Shown: in pieces, positions 18,877-27,773 of the stretch | How the letters are laid out: every line of letters starts with the position of its first letter | How positions within the stretch are numbered: the first letter of the stretch is position 1 | Virus record (IMG/VR): IMGVR_UViG_3300035188_001031 | Source of the DNA: an uncultured virus (IMG/VR IMGVR_UViG_3300035188_001031) | Taxonomy: Duplodnaviria > Heunggongvirae > Uroviricota > Caudoviricetes | DNA length: 64,000 nucleotides | Reading direction: 5' to 3' (one strand) | Notes under the pieces: model-generated | Told to the model about the DNA's origin: nothing | Databases searched by the model: none | Seen by the model: the letters and a program-made list of their open reading frames with translations, nothing else | Made by a program: the position numbers and the translations under genes

Positions 18877-19077
18877 TTTAGAACAGGTGGAATGAGGTGA
18901 GTACCGCCACAGCTTGTCCAGTAACGGTCAGGTCATCATAACACCCGTTCACGAAAAAGGGCTAAACTGACATATTTTGGCAGTAAACACGCGACAAGTG
19001 GTCTTTTCGATTGCTTTCTAACCTTCGCAACTGCTTTAATTGGGACAAGTGACGCCGTGTTCTCTTTCTTTTTAAAA

Positions 19078-19791
19078 ATGATGGATCCAGATCAAAAGCA
19101 AGATTCGCTTCACTTAGCCGAGTTTAATCAAGGTGTACGAAACTTTTCTCTTCTTTTTACCCGCTGGATGGACACAAATGAGTGGTCCCACCCGGTTATG
19201 ACTGTTTTGGCTAAAAAGGCGTTAAATGGTACTGCATGGTTACACAGTAGTCAAATTAGCGGTTTAAGACACGGTAAGTTATTCAGCCCCGGCCCACGCA
19301 CTTTTATAGCAATAGAACGCTTAAACTATTACTTGTTTCGCTATATAGAAAGCAAGACACTTATTCCCGGCACAACGAGTAGCAATCAATACTCTAAACC
19401 TTATGCTGTTACTGAGGATAATAAACCGCCTGCTTTGGGCTGGTGGGTAGAAGTCTTTTGTGGAGTTCGTATCCCTAAAGACATAGACTTGAGAATCAAT
19501 TTCTTTACTGAAACACAAGCTAGAGAGATGTCTTTGTCTTGGGCAGCTCTTGTTCGTAAACTGATGATTGCCAATCAAGTGGATATTATTACTGAACTAG
19601 AGCATACTATTCGTATGAACTATCCCGCTAATGACCACGACCGTGTCCTTAAAGTTATCCAAGTAATCCAAAACAAAGCTGTGTGGACTCCCCTGGAACT
19701 TACTGCAGAGTTACCGGCGATCACAGTGCTTACTGAAGCTTTAGGAGGCCCCGAGACCGAAGATCAGCTCCTTCTAGCCTTGCAGAAGTAG
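19078..19791 (+). CDS. Putative repressor-like HTH protein
   Basis: Divergent from the replication operon; WLHSSQISGLRHGKL..PGPRTF resembles an XRE helix pair. Confidence 0.45.
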   Translation: MMDPDQKQDSLHLAEFNQGVRNFSLLFTRWMDTNEWSHPVMTVLAKKALNGTAWLHSSQISGLRHGKLFSPGPRTFIAIERLNYYLFRYIESKTLIPGTTSSNQYSKPYAVTEDNKPPALGWWVEVFCGVRIPKDIDLRINFFTETQAREMSLSWAALVRKLMIANQVDIITELEHTIRMNYPANDHDRVLKVIQVIQNKAVWTPLELTAELPAITVLTEALGGPETEDQLLLALQK

Positions 19792-19831
19792 TAGAATCTT
19801 GTAACATGCAGATATTCACTACAGCTCAACG

Positions 19832-20131
19832 ATGCCTGATCTTTCTACCTGTGTATATCTGCCAGTTGTAGCTGTTAGCGAATGCCCTAAGTATTTTGCA
19901 TTTTCTTGTTACGATTCTGATGTGGACACTACTTATGAGGTAAGGGGTTACGACAAAGCATCCCTTCTATCATACGTTGACCAAGCCAGAAACTGGAGTA
20001 GGGCGCCACTTGTCCATGAACAGGCGGTTATCCCCGTCTATTTCCTTGAGGGGGTGATTCGGATCCATATGCCGACTGTCTATGCCCATGCCTACATCGA
20101 TACCCCCCCCCCCTTAAATCAGCCAGGTTGA
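19832..20131 (+). CDS. Hypothetical protein
   Basis: ORF track. Confidence 0.45.
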   Translation: MPDLSTCVYLPVVAVSECPKYFAFSCYDSDVDTTYEVRGYDKASLLSYVDQARNWSRAPLVHEQAVIPVYFLEGVIRIHMPTVYAHAYIDTPPPLNQPG

Positions 20132-20156
20132 CATTCCAACCAAGATCGGTTACTCT
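20128..20156 (+). promoter_or_regulatory. Sigma70-type promoter TTGACA-17-TACTCT
   Basis: Near-consensus boxes upstream of the SSB-like gene. Confidence 0.65.
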
Positions 20157-20214
20157 GCTTGCAGGTTGATCCACGATCAACTCAAAACCCTCCATTCAAC
20201 CTGCATCTGTTTCC

Positions 20215-20757
20215 ATGACCGCAGCATTTCTTGAGACTTCCGTTCTGGATGAACTCACAAAAGAACTCCAAAGTGGCAAGTACTTGAATCTCAGCAAAAT
20301 TAACGGAGACAAAAAAGTCCGTTTCTTTGGTACTGGGATTAAAGGATGGGAAGCCTGGACCGAAGACAACAAGCCTCTCCGTTGGGAATCCAAGCCTAGT
20401 GAGTATCCCGCAAACATCAAAAGAGCTGAAGATGGAACCGTAAACATCAAACGCTTTATTGCGGCTGCTATCTGGGACTATGACGATGAGATGTTCAAGA
20501 TTATTAACTTGAACAAGACAACTGTACTCAAAAAGTTTTTGACTTACTGCAAGGCTGAAGAGTATGGCAATCCCACTACATACGACATTCGCATTTCACG
20601 TACCGGAACAGGTATGGATACCGAATACGAGTTGCTAGCCCTGCCACCCAAAGCAGTGACCAAAGAAATCGCAACTGCATACGCTGCAGAATGTGCCAAC
20701 TGGAATCTTGCCGCCATGTTTGATGGTGATGATCCCTTTGGCGAATCCGCTGTTTAG
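20215..20757 (+). CDS. Putative single-stranded DNA-binding protein
   Basis: KVRFFG...YGNPTTYDIRISRTGTGMDTEY; acidic/aromatic C-terminus DGDDPF; lies next to the exonuclease. Confidence 0.6.
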   Translation: MTAAFLETSVLDELTKELQSGKYLNLSKINGDKKVRFFGTGIKGWEAWTEDNKPLRWESKPSEYPANIKRAEDGTVNIKRFIAAAIWDYDDEMFKIINLNKTTVLKKFLTYCKAEEYGNPTTYDIRISRTGTGMDTEYELLALPPKAVTKEIATAYAAECANWNLAAMFDGDDPFGESAV

Positions 20758-20804
20758 TTCAACATCATACATGGGCCCCCTTGGGCCCTTCTCTTTTTCA
20801 TCTC

Positions 20805-21053
20805 ATGGGAACTGAAGCTCCTCTAATCCGCATTTATGTACGCAACATTGAGCTACTCGGCTTCAAACGCGGTTGGGATTCCACTCGTCTGGCTTCAGAG
20901 TTAGGGATCTCCACTAATACTTTTCGGCGTCTCCGCTCCGGAGTGAATCGCTACATCTGTACTGATCTATTTCGTACAGTGCTGAAACTGTTTGACTGCA
21001 GCCCTAACGACCTACTGCTCCCTCAAGATGGCGTTGATTACACCTTTGACTGA
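20805..21053 (+). CDS. Cro/C1-type HTH protein
   Basis: RLASELGISTNTFRRLRSG...LFDCSPNDLL. Confidence 0.8.
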   Translation: MGTEAPLIRIYVRNIELLGFKRGWDSTRLASELGISTNTFRRLRSGVNRYICTDLFRTVLKLFDCSPNDLLLPQDGVDYTFD

Positions 21054-21783
21054 GCGTTTAATCGCGCTTCCCTGCTGGGAAATACCTAGCCACACAGCCC
21101 CTAACGGGGAGCGGACATACGAAGCCCCCACCGGCCTCGCTAGTTCAGTCACTACTATTTTGAGTGGCTCTCGTGACAACACCGAGATCGAACTTTGGCG
21201 CGAGTCTGTAGGTACTGAAAAAGCCGATGCTATTCGTGATTTCGCCGCCGCGAGAGGCACAGATCACCACAGCCTAATCGAGCAGTTTCTAAAAGATCAC
21301 AAGGAGCCCGCCTTTGACTACGTCCAATCATCCTACTGGTCTTCTACTCGTCCTTTTCTCGATACGATTGATCATTGCCTTTTAAACGAAGGCACCATTT
21401 GGCATCCAGAGGGCTTCGCCGGTAAGCTAGATAATATCTCTTACCTGTCCCGTGCTGAGTTGCTGGTTTGGGATAAGAACCATGGAGCGGTCTCAGTAAT
21501 CCAAGTAGCAGATGATTTACAACCCACTCTAATAGATTGGAAAACAGCAGATACCCCTCGTAATCCTAAAAAGATGTACGAGTATTCGCTGCAGGTCGCT
21601 GCTTATGTTGCTGGTGCTAATTACGTCTATGGCAATTTAGGTCTTGACATCCAGCGAGCCAAAATCGTGGTGGCACTACCTGATCAACCGCCGCAGATAA
21701 AAATCATGGTAGGAGAGGAACTAGACCAATTATTCGAGCATTTTCTTGCCCGTTTACAGCGGTACACGTTCGCGAAGAAATGA
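21028..21783 (+). CDS. PD-(D/E)XK exonuclease
   Basis: SVTTIL, RGTDHH, FAGKLD, LIDWKTA, QVAAY. Confidence 0.85.
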   Translation: MALITPLTERLIALPCWEIPSHTAPNGERTYEAPTGLASSVTTILSGSRDNTEIELWRESVGTEKADAIRDFAAARGTDHHSLIEQFLKDHKEPAFDYVQSSYWSSTRPFLDTIDHCLLNEGTIWHPEGFAGKLDNISYLSRAELLVWDKNHGAVSVIQVADDLQPTLIDWKTADTPRNPKKMYEYSLQVAAYVAGANYVYGNLGLDIQRAKIVVALPDQPPQIKIMVGEELDQLFEHFLARLQRYTFAKK

Positions 21784-22010
21784 TCCATCTACACTGGCTG
21801 AATCTATTCTGCTTGCTTTACGCAGCGTGTACGTTCGGGTATCTATTTTCTAAGTACCTAAACAATCGCAGATTGAAGCGCCTAGAAGCACGGATTCACT
21901 CAACTATCGAATCATCTACTACCCACCCTTCCTTCCTTATCGATCATGGCCCCTCACGTAATAGCCCTGTACTCTTCCGCTCCCGGCGCGGGAAAGTCCA
22001 CAGTCGCTAG
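21780..22010 (+). CDS. Hypothetical membrane protein
   Basis: N-terminal hydrophobic helix. Confidence 0.45.
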   Translation: MIHLHWLNLFCLLYAACTFGYLFSKYLNNRRLKRLEARIHSTIESSTTHPSFLIDHGPSRNSPVLFRSRRGKVHSR

Positions 22011-22599
22011 ACACCTGTGTGACAAGCATTCATACACTAGGCTTTCTTTTGCGGACCCACTAAAGCGGGTAGTTGAAACCTTTCTTATTGAACTAGGTTA
22101 CGACCACAGCTGCACTTATTCGCTACTGCGCGGCTCTCTCAAAGAAGTGAGACTCCCCGAGATCGGCACGACCCCCCGTCACCTGATGCGTACCCTTGGG
22201 ACAGAGTGGGGGCGTCAATGTGTCCATCCTGATGTATGGGTCACCATTGCTGATAAGCACATCTCCCGCGCCTTGTCCGAGGGTCGAAATGTCGTCATTG
22301 ATGATCTACGTTTCCCGAATGAATACGACCTATTGGTCAACAAGTACAACGCTACCATTTGGCACATAACCCGTGATCTGCATACCAAGGACAGCACCCA
22401 CGCTAGCGATGGAGCTTTAGAAAATAAATTCTTTACCGGATACATAAATAACAACAGCACTATTGTTGAGTTGCTCTCCTACGTCGATCTCCTCCTTCTT
22501 CCCCTCACCTGCTCAACAAAAAAGCCCCCTGAGCCTGACGATAGGAATAGGAATACTGTTGGCACAAGACTGTGCATATCCGCATCATCACCAACGTAA
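21946..22599 (+). CDS. Deoxynucleoside monophosphate kinase
   Basis: PGAGKSTVA, SFADPLK, TPRHLMRTLGTEWGR, IDDLRFPNE, HASD. Confidence 0.9.
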   Translation: MAPHVIALYSSAPGAGKSTVARHLCDKHSYTRLSFADPLKRVVETFLIELGYDHSCTYSLLRGSLKEVRLPEIGTTPRHLMRTLGTEWGRQCVHPDVWVTIADKHISRALSEGRNVVIDDLRFPNEYDLLVNKYNATIWHITRDLHTKDSTHASDGALENKFFTGYINNNSTIVELLSYVDLLLLPLTCSTKKPPEPDDRNRNTVGTRLCISASSPT

Positions 22600-22611
22600 T
22601 GCACAACCGCC

Positions 22612-24363
22612 ATGACACTCCCTGATCCCCGTTTCCGCGTCGAACTAATTGCTCAGACACCTAATCCCCAGCGGGTAATCTGGGCGGCCATGCACCAGGA
22701 CTACAGCGAGGGCTTCGTGGCCGCTGAGCGGGAGGCCTGGCCCGATGAGAAACGGTCCGGTGAGATATGTGTTAAGCGGCTACTTGCTGGAGATAGGGGC
22801 CATTATGGATGTTATGACTCTATTACAGAAGTCCTAACAAGTGACGGGTGGATGGCTTGGCCAGATGTAAAGGAGCAGTGGGACTCTGACTGCAGTCCCA
22901 ATCTTCTAGCCGTTGACATCGCAAATGGAACCTGTCACTTCGAGGCACCCAAGGACATACAGGCCATCGAGTTACTCAATGGTGACCAACTCTATTCGCT
23001 AGGCAGCCAGTACCTAAACTTTGCGGTGACCCTTGACCATCGAATGGTCGTAAGCCATCGGCAGACTGGAGGTGCATTCAGCTCATGGTATTTCAAGCGG
23101 GCTATAGATGTACTAGGGAAGCCTGTCCGCTACTTGCTGAATTCCTGCCTGGCGTCCGATTGCCGCAGCCTGCCTGACGACATGCCAGTAGACGCAGATC
23201 CACTGACCGCGTTCAAGCTCGCTGGCTTTTTCTTTGGTGATGGCTTGAGATCTAACAACAAAAATCCCTTTTGCATTCGTTTTCGCATTAGAAGACCACG
23301 CAAGATCGCCTACCTTTTAAGCCTTGGATTGCCAACAGAAGAGAAAAAGGGGGACCGATACACCATCGCCCGCCCAGACCTGGCACGGTGGATTCACAAA
23401 CATTTTTCTAATAGTTCGGGCAAAGTTGTGCCTGTCTGGATCTTGACACTACCAGAGGAATTGGTCGCAGCCTTCTGGGATGGACTCAAGAACAGCGACG
23501 GAACCAGGATTGTAGAAAAGAGCTGGGCTTATGACAGCTCTGACAAGGAAAGCCTAGATCTTATTCAGGCGTTGGCCCACATAAATGGTTTTTCGGCAAA
23601 TATGTCGTTAAATAATCTCAACGAAGGGCCCGAACATGCAAATCATAGGCCTTGCTGGAGGCTAACCATCGCCGAAAACTCTACGCGAAGAGTAGAGGCA
23701 TGCTATGGGAGAAGTCCAGGGGTATCTGAGTCGCTAATTGACTATTCCGGTTTTGTTTATTGCGCCACGGTTTCCACTGGTGCGCTAATGGTTCGCAGGA
23801 AAAACAAAGTATTTGTATCCGGCAACTGCCTAGAGCATCCGGCCATCACACTAAACGTAGGCTGGTTTCCTCACTCTGTAATGCAACAGGCTAGGACTCA
23901 CAGAGTAGGAGTAAGTTTTGATGTCCAGAGCATGAGATATTCGGGACAACGAATCTGTGATGCTGCAGAGGGAAGGCTAAAGATTGAAGATGTATTTTAT
24001 CTTAGGCCTGTTGGTGACTATGCAGATCGTCAAGGCAAAAAGTACACCTACACGGCTGATCAGCGAGCAATCGACTTAAACACTTGCCACCTTGCCGCTG
24101 AGCGTTATTGGGATCTGATGGCGGCAGGTTTTGCAGAGGAGCACGCTCGCGGCATCCTGCCCTTTGACTATCGCCAGCACTTCGTGGTCAGCTTCAGCTT
24201 GCGGGCCTTCCTCCACTTCCTTGACCTGCGGGCGAAGCTCGATGCCCAGGAGGAAATCCGCGCCCTGTGTGATCTGATGTGGCCCCACCTAGAGGCCTGG
24301 GTCCCCGAGATCGCCGGCTGGTACGCCAAGACCCGCCTGCACAAAGCCCGCCTCGCCCCCTGA
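22612..24363 (+). CDS. thyX: Flavin-dependent thymidylate synthase with intein
   Basis: GHYG/CLEH motif split by an intein; QQARTHRVGVSFDVQSMRY; EHARGILP; AQEEIR. Confidence 0.93.
   Translation: MTLPDPRFRVELIAQTPNPQRVIWAAMHQDYSEGFVAAEREAWPDEKRSGEICVKRLLAGDRGHYGCYDSITEVLTSDGWMAWPDVKEQWDSDCSPNLLAVDIANGTCHFEAPKDIQAIELLNGDQLYSLGSQYLNFAVTLDHRMVVSHRQTGGAFSSWYFKRAIDVLGKPVRYLLNSCLASDCRSLPDDMPVDADPLTAFKLAGFFFGDGLRSNNKNPFCIRFRIRRPRKIAYLLSLGLPTEEKKGDRYTIARPDLARWIHKHFSNSSGKVVPVWILTLPEELVAAFWDGLKNSDGTRIVEKSWAYDSSDKESLDLIQALAHINGFSANMSLNNLNEGPEHANHRPCWRLTIAENSTRRVEACYGRSPGVSESLIDYSGFVYCATVSTGALMVRRKNKVFVSGNCLEHPAITLNVGWFPHSVMQQARTHRVGVSFDVQSMRYSGQRICDAAEGRLKIEDVFYLRPVGDYADRQGKKYTYTADQRAIDLNTCHLAAERYWDLMAAGFAEEHARGILPFDYRQHFVVSFSLRAFLHFLDLRAKLDAQEEIRALCDLMWPHLEAWVPEIAGWYAKTRLHKARLAP
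22810..23826 (+). mobile_element. Intein (339 aa) with LAGLIDADG-type homing endonuclease
   Basis: Starts CYDSITEVLTSDGW; block B VTLDHRMVV; LAGFFFGDG and FWDGLKNSDG; ends VYCATV...VFVSGN followed by Cys. Confidence 0.92.
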
Positions 24364-24449
24364 AGACATCATGCGACGGGCTTGCGGTCTTGCTGAGTTG
24401 CTGCCTTGCTGAGGAAAGCAGTTCCAGTAGCGCCTCATTCAGGAACAGG

Positions 24450-24479
24450 TTGACAAAACCTATCAACCCTGTCTAGGAT
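24450..24479 (+). promoter_or_regulatory. Promoter TTGACA-18-TAGGAT with TTGACA-N14-TGTCTA palindrome
   Basis: Seen directly; same architecture at 26475, 26948 and 29221. Confidence 0.7.
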
Positions 24480-24510
24480 GCAATCGAACAGCAGGCCCCG
24501 GCCAGCTGAC

Positions 24511-24535
24511 CACACACACACACACACACACACAC
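24511..24535 (+). repeat. (CA)12 microsatellite
   Basis: Seen directly, in the probable 5' UTR. Confidence 0.95.
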
Positions 24536-24558
24536 CAAATAAAAGTCGCCCAGCCCTT

Positions 24559-25212
24559 ATGGTCACAACGCAACTGTCTACTGTTGACACCTGGAGAAGT
24601 GACATCAAGCACGCAACGCTTCTACATAATGAAGCCCGCAAAAAAGCTGAACCTTATGCAATATGGGACAGGGAAAGCAGGGTTGTTTTCGTCAGCGAAG
24701 TCCAAGGTATGTCCATGGAGCAACTGCGAACGTTGGCTGATGACTTGAGAATTGTAATCACAAGTCTAAATGACCGAATAAGCACGGAATACGTACTCCT
24801 TGCTGAGTGCCCGCAAGATAAGCCAATGGTGGCCCGCGACATCAGAAAAAAGATTAGAAGGCTAATTGCAAGAAAAGAGCAATGCAAATATGTCATGTTA
24901 GAAGCGACTAGGTATAAAAAGCACCTCAATAGAGAGGCGAACAAGCCGAAAGAAAAGCCCATGAAGCTTAATAACAGAGACGAAAACAAGCATGTAACCT
25001 TTTTGCGTGTACAAAAAAAGATGGAGTATTTAAGTCGAAAAAGGCAATTTGAAATCTTGGCTGACAGATTTGGTGCAGATACTCTCGCCGATCTTGAAAA
25101 GGAAGCTGTAACGGCTTCTATCGAACCTTTTACGCAATGGGCAAGAGAAAATGACGTAGAGCAAAACATCGTTGATCACATCATCTTCCATGCGCTGAGA
25201 AAGGGGGCCTGA
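24559..25212 (+). CDS. Hypothetical basic helical protein (moron gene)
   Basis: AT-rich ORF with its own promoter and terminator. Confidence 0.7.
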   Translation: MVTTQLSTVDTWRSDIKHATLLHNEARKKAEPYAIWDRESRVVFVSEVQGMSMEQLRTLADDLRIVITSLNDRISTEYVLLAECPQDKPMVARDIRKKIRRLIARKEQCKYVMLEATRYKKHLNREANKPKEKPMKLNNRDENKHVTFLRVQKKMEYLSRKRQFEILADRFGADTLADLEKEAVTASIEPFTQWARENDVEQNIVDHIIFHALRKGA

Positions 25213-25221
25213 CCCCCTTTT
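25201..25221 (+). terminator. Rho-independent terminator
   Basis: AAGGGGG-CCTGA-CCCCCTTTT. Confidence 0.7.
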
Positions 25222-25242
25222 ACGCCTCGCCCCCTGAAGACA

Positions 25243-25476
25243 ATGAGAATCATTATCACCAGCGCTTTCCCCCTCGACCCCAGCTCCCCCGACCTTTGCA
25301 ACTGGGAATTACGCGACGGCCCCGAGGAGATCTTCACCGAGACCGGAACCACTCTCAGCCTCTACTCCGCTTTCGCCGAGATCTGCCAGGCCCGGGCCCG
25401 ACTCGCAGTACACATCACAGGAGAACCGGATCCCGAGGAGCTGCTCCCTGCACCTGAGTTCTCCCCGGATCACTGA
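25243..25476 (+). CDS. Hypothetical protein
   Basis: ATG immediately after the second 20-bp repeat. Confidence 0.55.
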   Translation: MRIIITSAFPLDPSSPDLCNWELRDGPEEIFTETGTTLSLYSAFAEICQARARLAVHITGEPDPEELLPAPEFSPDH

Positions 25477-25603
25477 CTGTCCCCAGACCATCCGCCCCCT
25501 CGCACACGTCTCCCCCTGCAGCAGCACATCCCACCCCTCTGCCATGACCACTGACCCAGCATGCTTTACAGTTGCCTAACCAAATCCGGTTGGCAAGCTA
25601 TGT

Positions 25604-26491
25604 ATGACCCGATCTGAAATACAGTCCTATTTAGACGATCTAGGTCGTTACCCTATTCTCACCAAGGAGACGCAACTTCGTCATTGCTACAACATCCACG
25701 CTTGGGTGAACCACCCTGACGGAAAAGAGAACTGTCCTAAGAAGATACGACGCTTGGGCAGACGTTCCATGGAAGCTATGGTTCAAACTAATCTGCGCTT
25801 GGTCCTATCTGTTGCTAAGAACTACCAAAATCGCGGTTTAGACCTTGCAGATTTAATCCAAGAAGGGAACCTAGGCCTCATACGCGGTCTCGAACTTTTC
25901 GATCCAACTCGCGGCTACACAGTCAGCACTTACAGCTACTGGTGGATCCGTCAATCCATCACCCGTGCATTGCATGTCCGTGGTCGTGCCATACGTCTCC
26001 CTATCAATATTCACGAAGTCATAAGTCAAGCCGAGAAAGCCACCGCTGAATTCACCGCAGAGCACAGACGCAGCCCCACTATCGCTGAACTTGGCGCCGT
26101 TATCAATGAATCCGAAGAACGCATTAACTTCTGTTTTGAGATCGCAGGCATGACCAAGTGTCTATCCTACGACCTTGCCTGCAGTCCTGATGGCAGTAAC
26201 TTTATAGAGTTTATCCCCTCCTCTGAAGGCAACGACTACGAAACCGATTACCCCGAAGACTTCTGCGAGCGTGCTGCACCCGACGCTGTGTCGTATGCCT
26301 ACTCTAAACTTACTAATAACGAACGGCAGGTACTCGCCAATAACTTCTTCGACGAAATCACCATCAAAGACATCGCCGCACAACGTTCGGTATCTCGTTC
26401 CCGAATTGGTCAAGTCCGCAAGGACGCTCTTAATAAGATGCGAACGCACATCGAGCGCTACAACCTCGGTCTGATTGACAACCCGACATAA
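25604..26491 (+). CDS. RpoD-like (sigma70) RNA polymerase sigma factor
   Basis: NLRLVLSVAKNYQNRGLDLADLIQEGNLGL...FDPTRGY..STYSYWWIRQSITRA; region 4 VSRSRIGQV. Confidence 0.95.
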   Translation: MTRSEIQSYLDDLGRYPILTKETQLRHCYNIHAWVNHPDGKENCPKKIRRLGRRSMEAMVQTNLRLVLSVAKNYQNRGLDLADLIQEGNLGLIRGLELFDPTRGYTVSTYSYWWIRQSITRALHVRGRAIRLPINIHEVISQAEKATAEFTAEHRRSPTIAELGAVINESEERINFCFEIAGMTKCLSYDLACSPDGSNFIEFIPSSEGNDYETDYPEDFCERAAPDAVSYAYSKLTNNERQVLANNFFDEITIKDIAAQRSVSRSRIGQVRKDALNKMRTHIERYNLGLIDNPT

Positions 26492-26503
26492 ACCTGTCAA
26501 GAT
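26475..26503 (+). promoter_or_regulatory. Promoter/operator TTGACA-N14-TGTCAA (perfect palindromic arms)
   Basis: Seen directly, upstream of the HTH gene. Confidence 0.65.
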
Positions 26504-26523
26504 TAATCATTCCCTGCCGCCCT

Positions 26524-26901
26524 ATGCCTCAGCCTGCGACTCTGGAAGCGCTCACCCACACCTGTGACGAGATCTACAAACGTGACGGCTACGTCCGCTG
26601 GGCTGAAGTCGCTTCCATCCATGGCATCTCCCGCCAGGCTGTCCACGCTCGCATCAAGGATGCCGTTGCGCAAGGCTCCCTCTCCCCCGAGGACGTTGCC
26701 CGCTGGCAATCCATGTCCTCCCGGGCCGCCCTCGCCCGCCACCGCCGCGACACCCAGGAACTGCACCGCCGCTTACGCTTAGACATCCAGTTGACTGTGG
26801 ATAACTACACCTGGCTTGATTCTCAGTGCGCCAGTCGCAGCTGCACCCGTACAGATATTGTGAATGGTCTGTTAAACAAGGAAAGGCAGGCACTTGGTTG
26901 A
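26524..26901 (+). CDS. HTH DNA-binding protein
   Basis: WAEVASIHGISRQAVHARIK; C-terminus resembles a ribbon-helix-helix. Confidence 0.7.
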   Translation: MPQPATLEALTHTCDEIYKRDGYVRWAEVASIHGISRQAVHARIKDAVAQGSLSPEDVARWQSMSSRAALARHRRDTQELHRRLRLDIQLTVDNYTWLDSQCASRSCTRTDIVNGLLNKERQALG

Positions 26902-26947
26902 ATCCATGATGCTGTGCATTGACAGCCTGTGACCAGCCCGAGATAGG

Positions 26948-26977
26948 TTGACAACCTGCGCAGCTCATGTATAGAAT
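26948..26977 (+). promoter_or_regulatory. Promoter TTGACA-18-TAGAAT with TTGACA-N14-TGTATA
   Basis: Seen directly. Confidence 0.7.
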
Positions 26978-27153
26978 GAAGGTTCACCAACAACGGAGCC
27001 TGCCCACGTAGACAGCCCCTGTCGCACCCTTTGTTGCACCCCGACCCTTCCACTTGTACACCCCCATGAATACAACTATTTCCAGTCCCGAGCAAACAGC
27101 AGACATGTCCGCTAATCAAGAGCAAAAAAACGTTTATCCTTCCTGCTGACATT

Positions 27154-27732
27154 ATGTATATTGCCGCCCAGTTTGCTTCGCAAGACTCGTTTAAAGGCAT
27201 TCTTACTGGCATTTCAATCAAGCCATGTGTTACCACAGCCGACAGCGCACTGACACCCATCGAAATTTGCTCAACAGACGGCCATCGAATGTTCCGCTGC
27301 AGAATACCAGTTGCCGAAAAGGAATTCCCTCTTGACAGACATATTGTGGTAAATGCTGCAGCATTCAAGAAAAAAGTAGCTAAGGCAAGTACTATTCATC
27401 TCTCCGCGTATAATGGCGTGGAAATGGCTAACTTCTTCGGTCACAAGGCTGAGCTTATAAGTAGCGTACCTTACACAACGTTAGACGGGGACTACCCAAA
27501 CTATAATCAGCTTTGGCCCGATACTTTTACGAACCAACCAGGCGAGTCTATTACATTCAATGCGGGCTATCTCGCGTCTTTCCTGAAAGAAGTTCAAGCC
27601 TTCTCAAGTAATTCTAACGTCACAATGAATTGTAATCTCGCAACAACACCTTTAACGTTCTCTGCTACACATCATCTCTATTCAGACGTAACTCTTGAGT
27701 ACCTGTTAATGCCGGTTCAGATCCGCCGCTAA
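27154..27732 (+). CDS. Two-domain DNA polymerase III beta-clamp-like protein (N-terminus possibly frameshifted from ATG 27066)
   Basis: STDGHRMF, DGDYPNY, FNAGYL and YLLMPVQ are DnaN motifs. Confidence 0.8.
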   Translation: MYIAAQFASQDSFKGILTGISIKPCVTTADSALTPIEICSTDGHRMFRCRIPVAEKEFPLDRHIVVNAAAFKKKVAKASTIHLSAYNGVEMANFFGHKAELISSVPYTTLDGDYPNYNQLWPDTFTNQPGESITFNAGYLASFLKEVQAFSSNSNVTMNCNLATTPLTFSATHHLYSDVTLEYLLMPVQIRR

Positions 27733-27773
27733 CCGATTCCCGAACCAGTCACGTAGCGACCAGCATCCGCCCG

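Larger units (their letters stand above)
24349..25242 (+). repeat. 20-bp direct repeat CGCCTCGCCCCCTGAAGACA at 24349-24368 and 25223-25242 bounding a moron
   Basis: Exact identity; the first copy is the thyX 3' end. Confidence 0.9.

Noticed and set aside
21028..21783. Cas4 / CRISPR adaptation gene
   Set aside because: It lacks the Fe-S cysteine cluster and sits in an SSB/recombination context; ordinary phage exonuclease.
24478..24558. HTHTHT-encoding N-terminus of the 244-aa track ORF
   Set aside because: Its ATG overlaps the predicted -10 box, so the CA tract is more likely untranslated; start placed at 24559.
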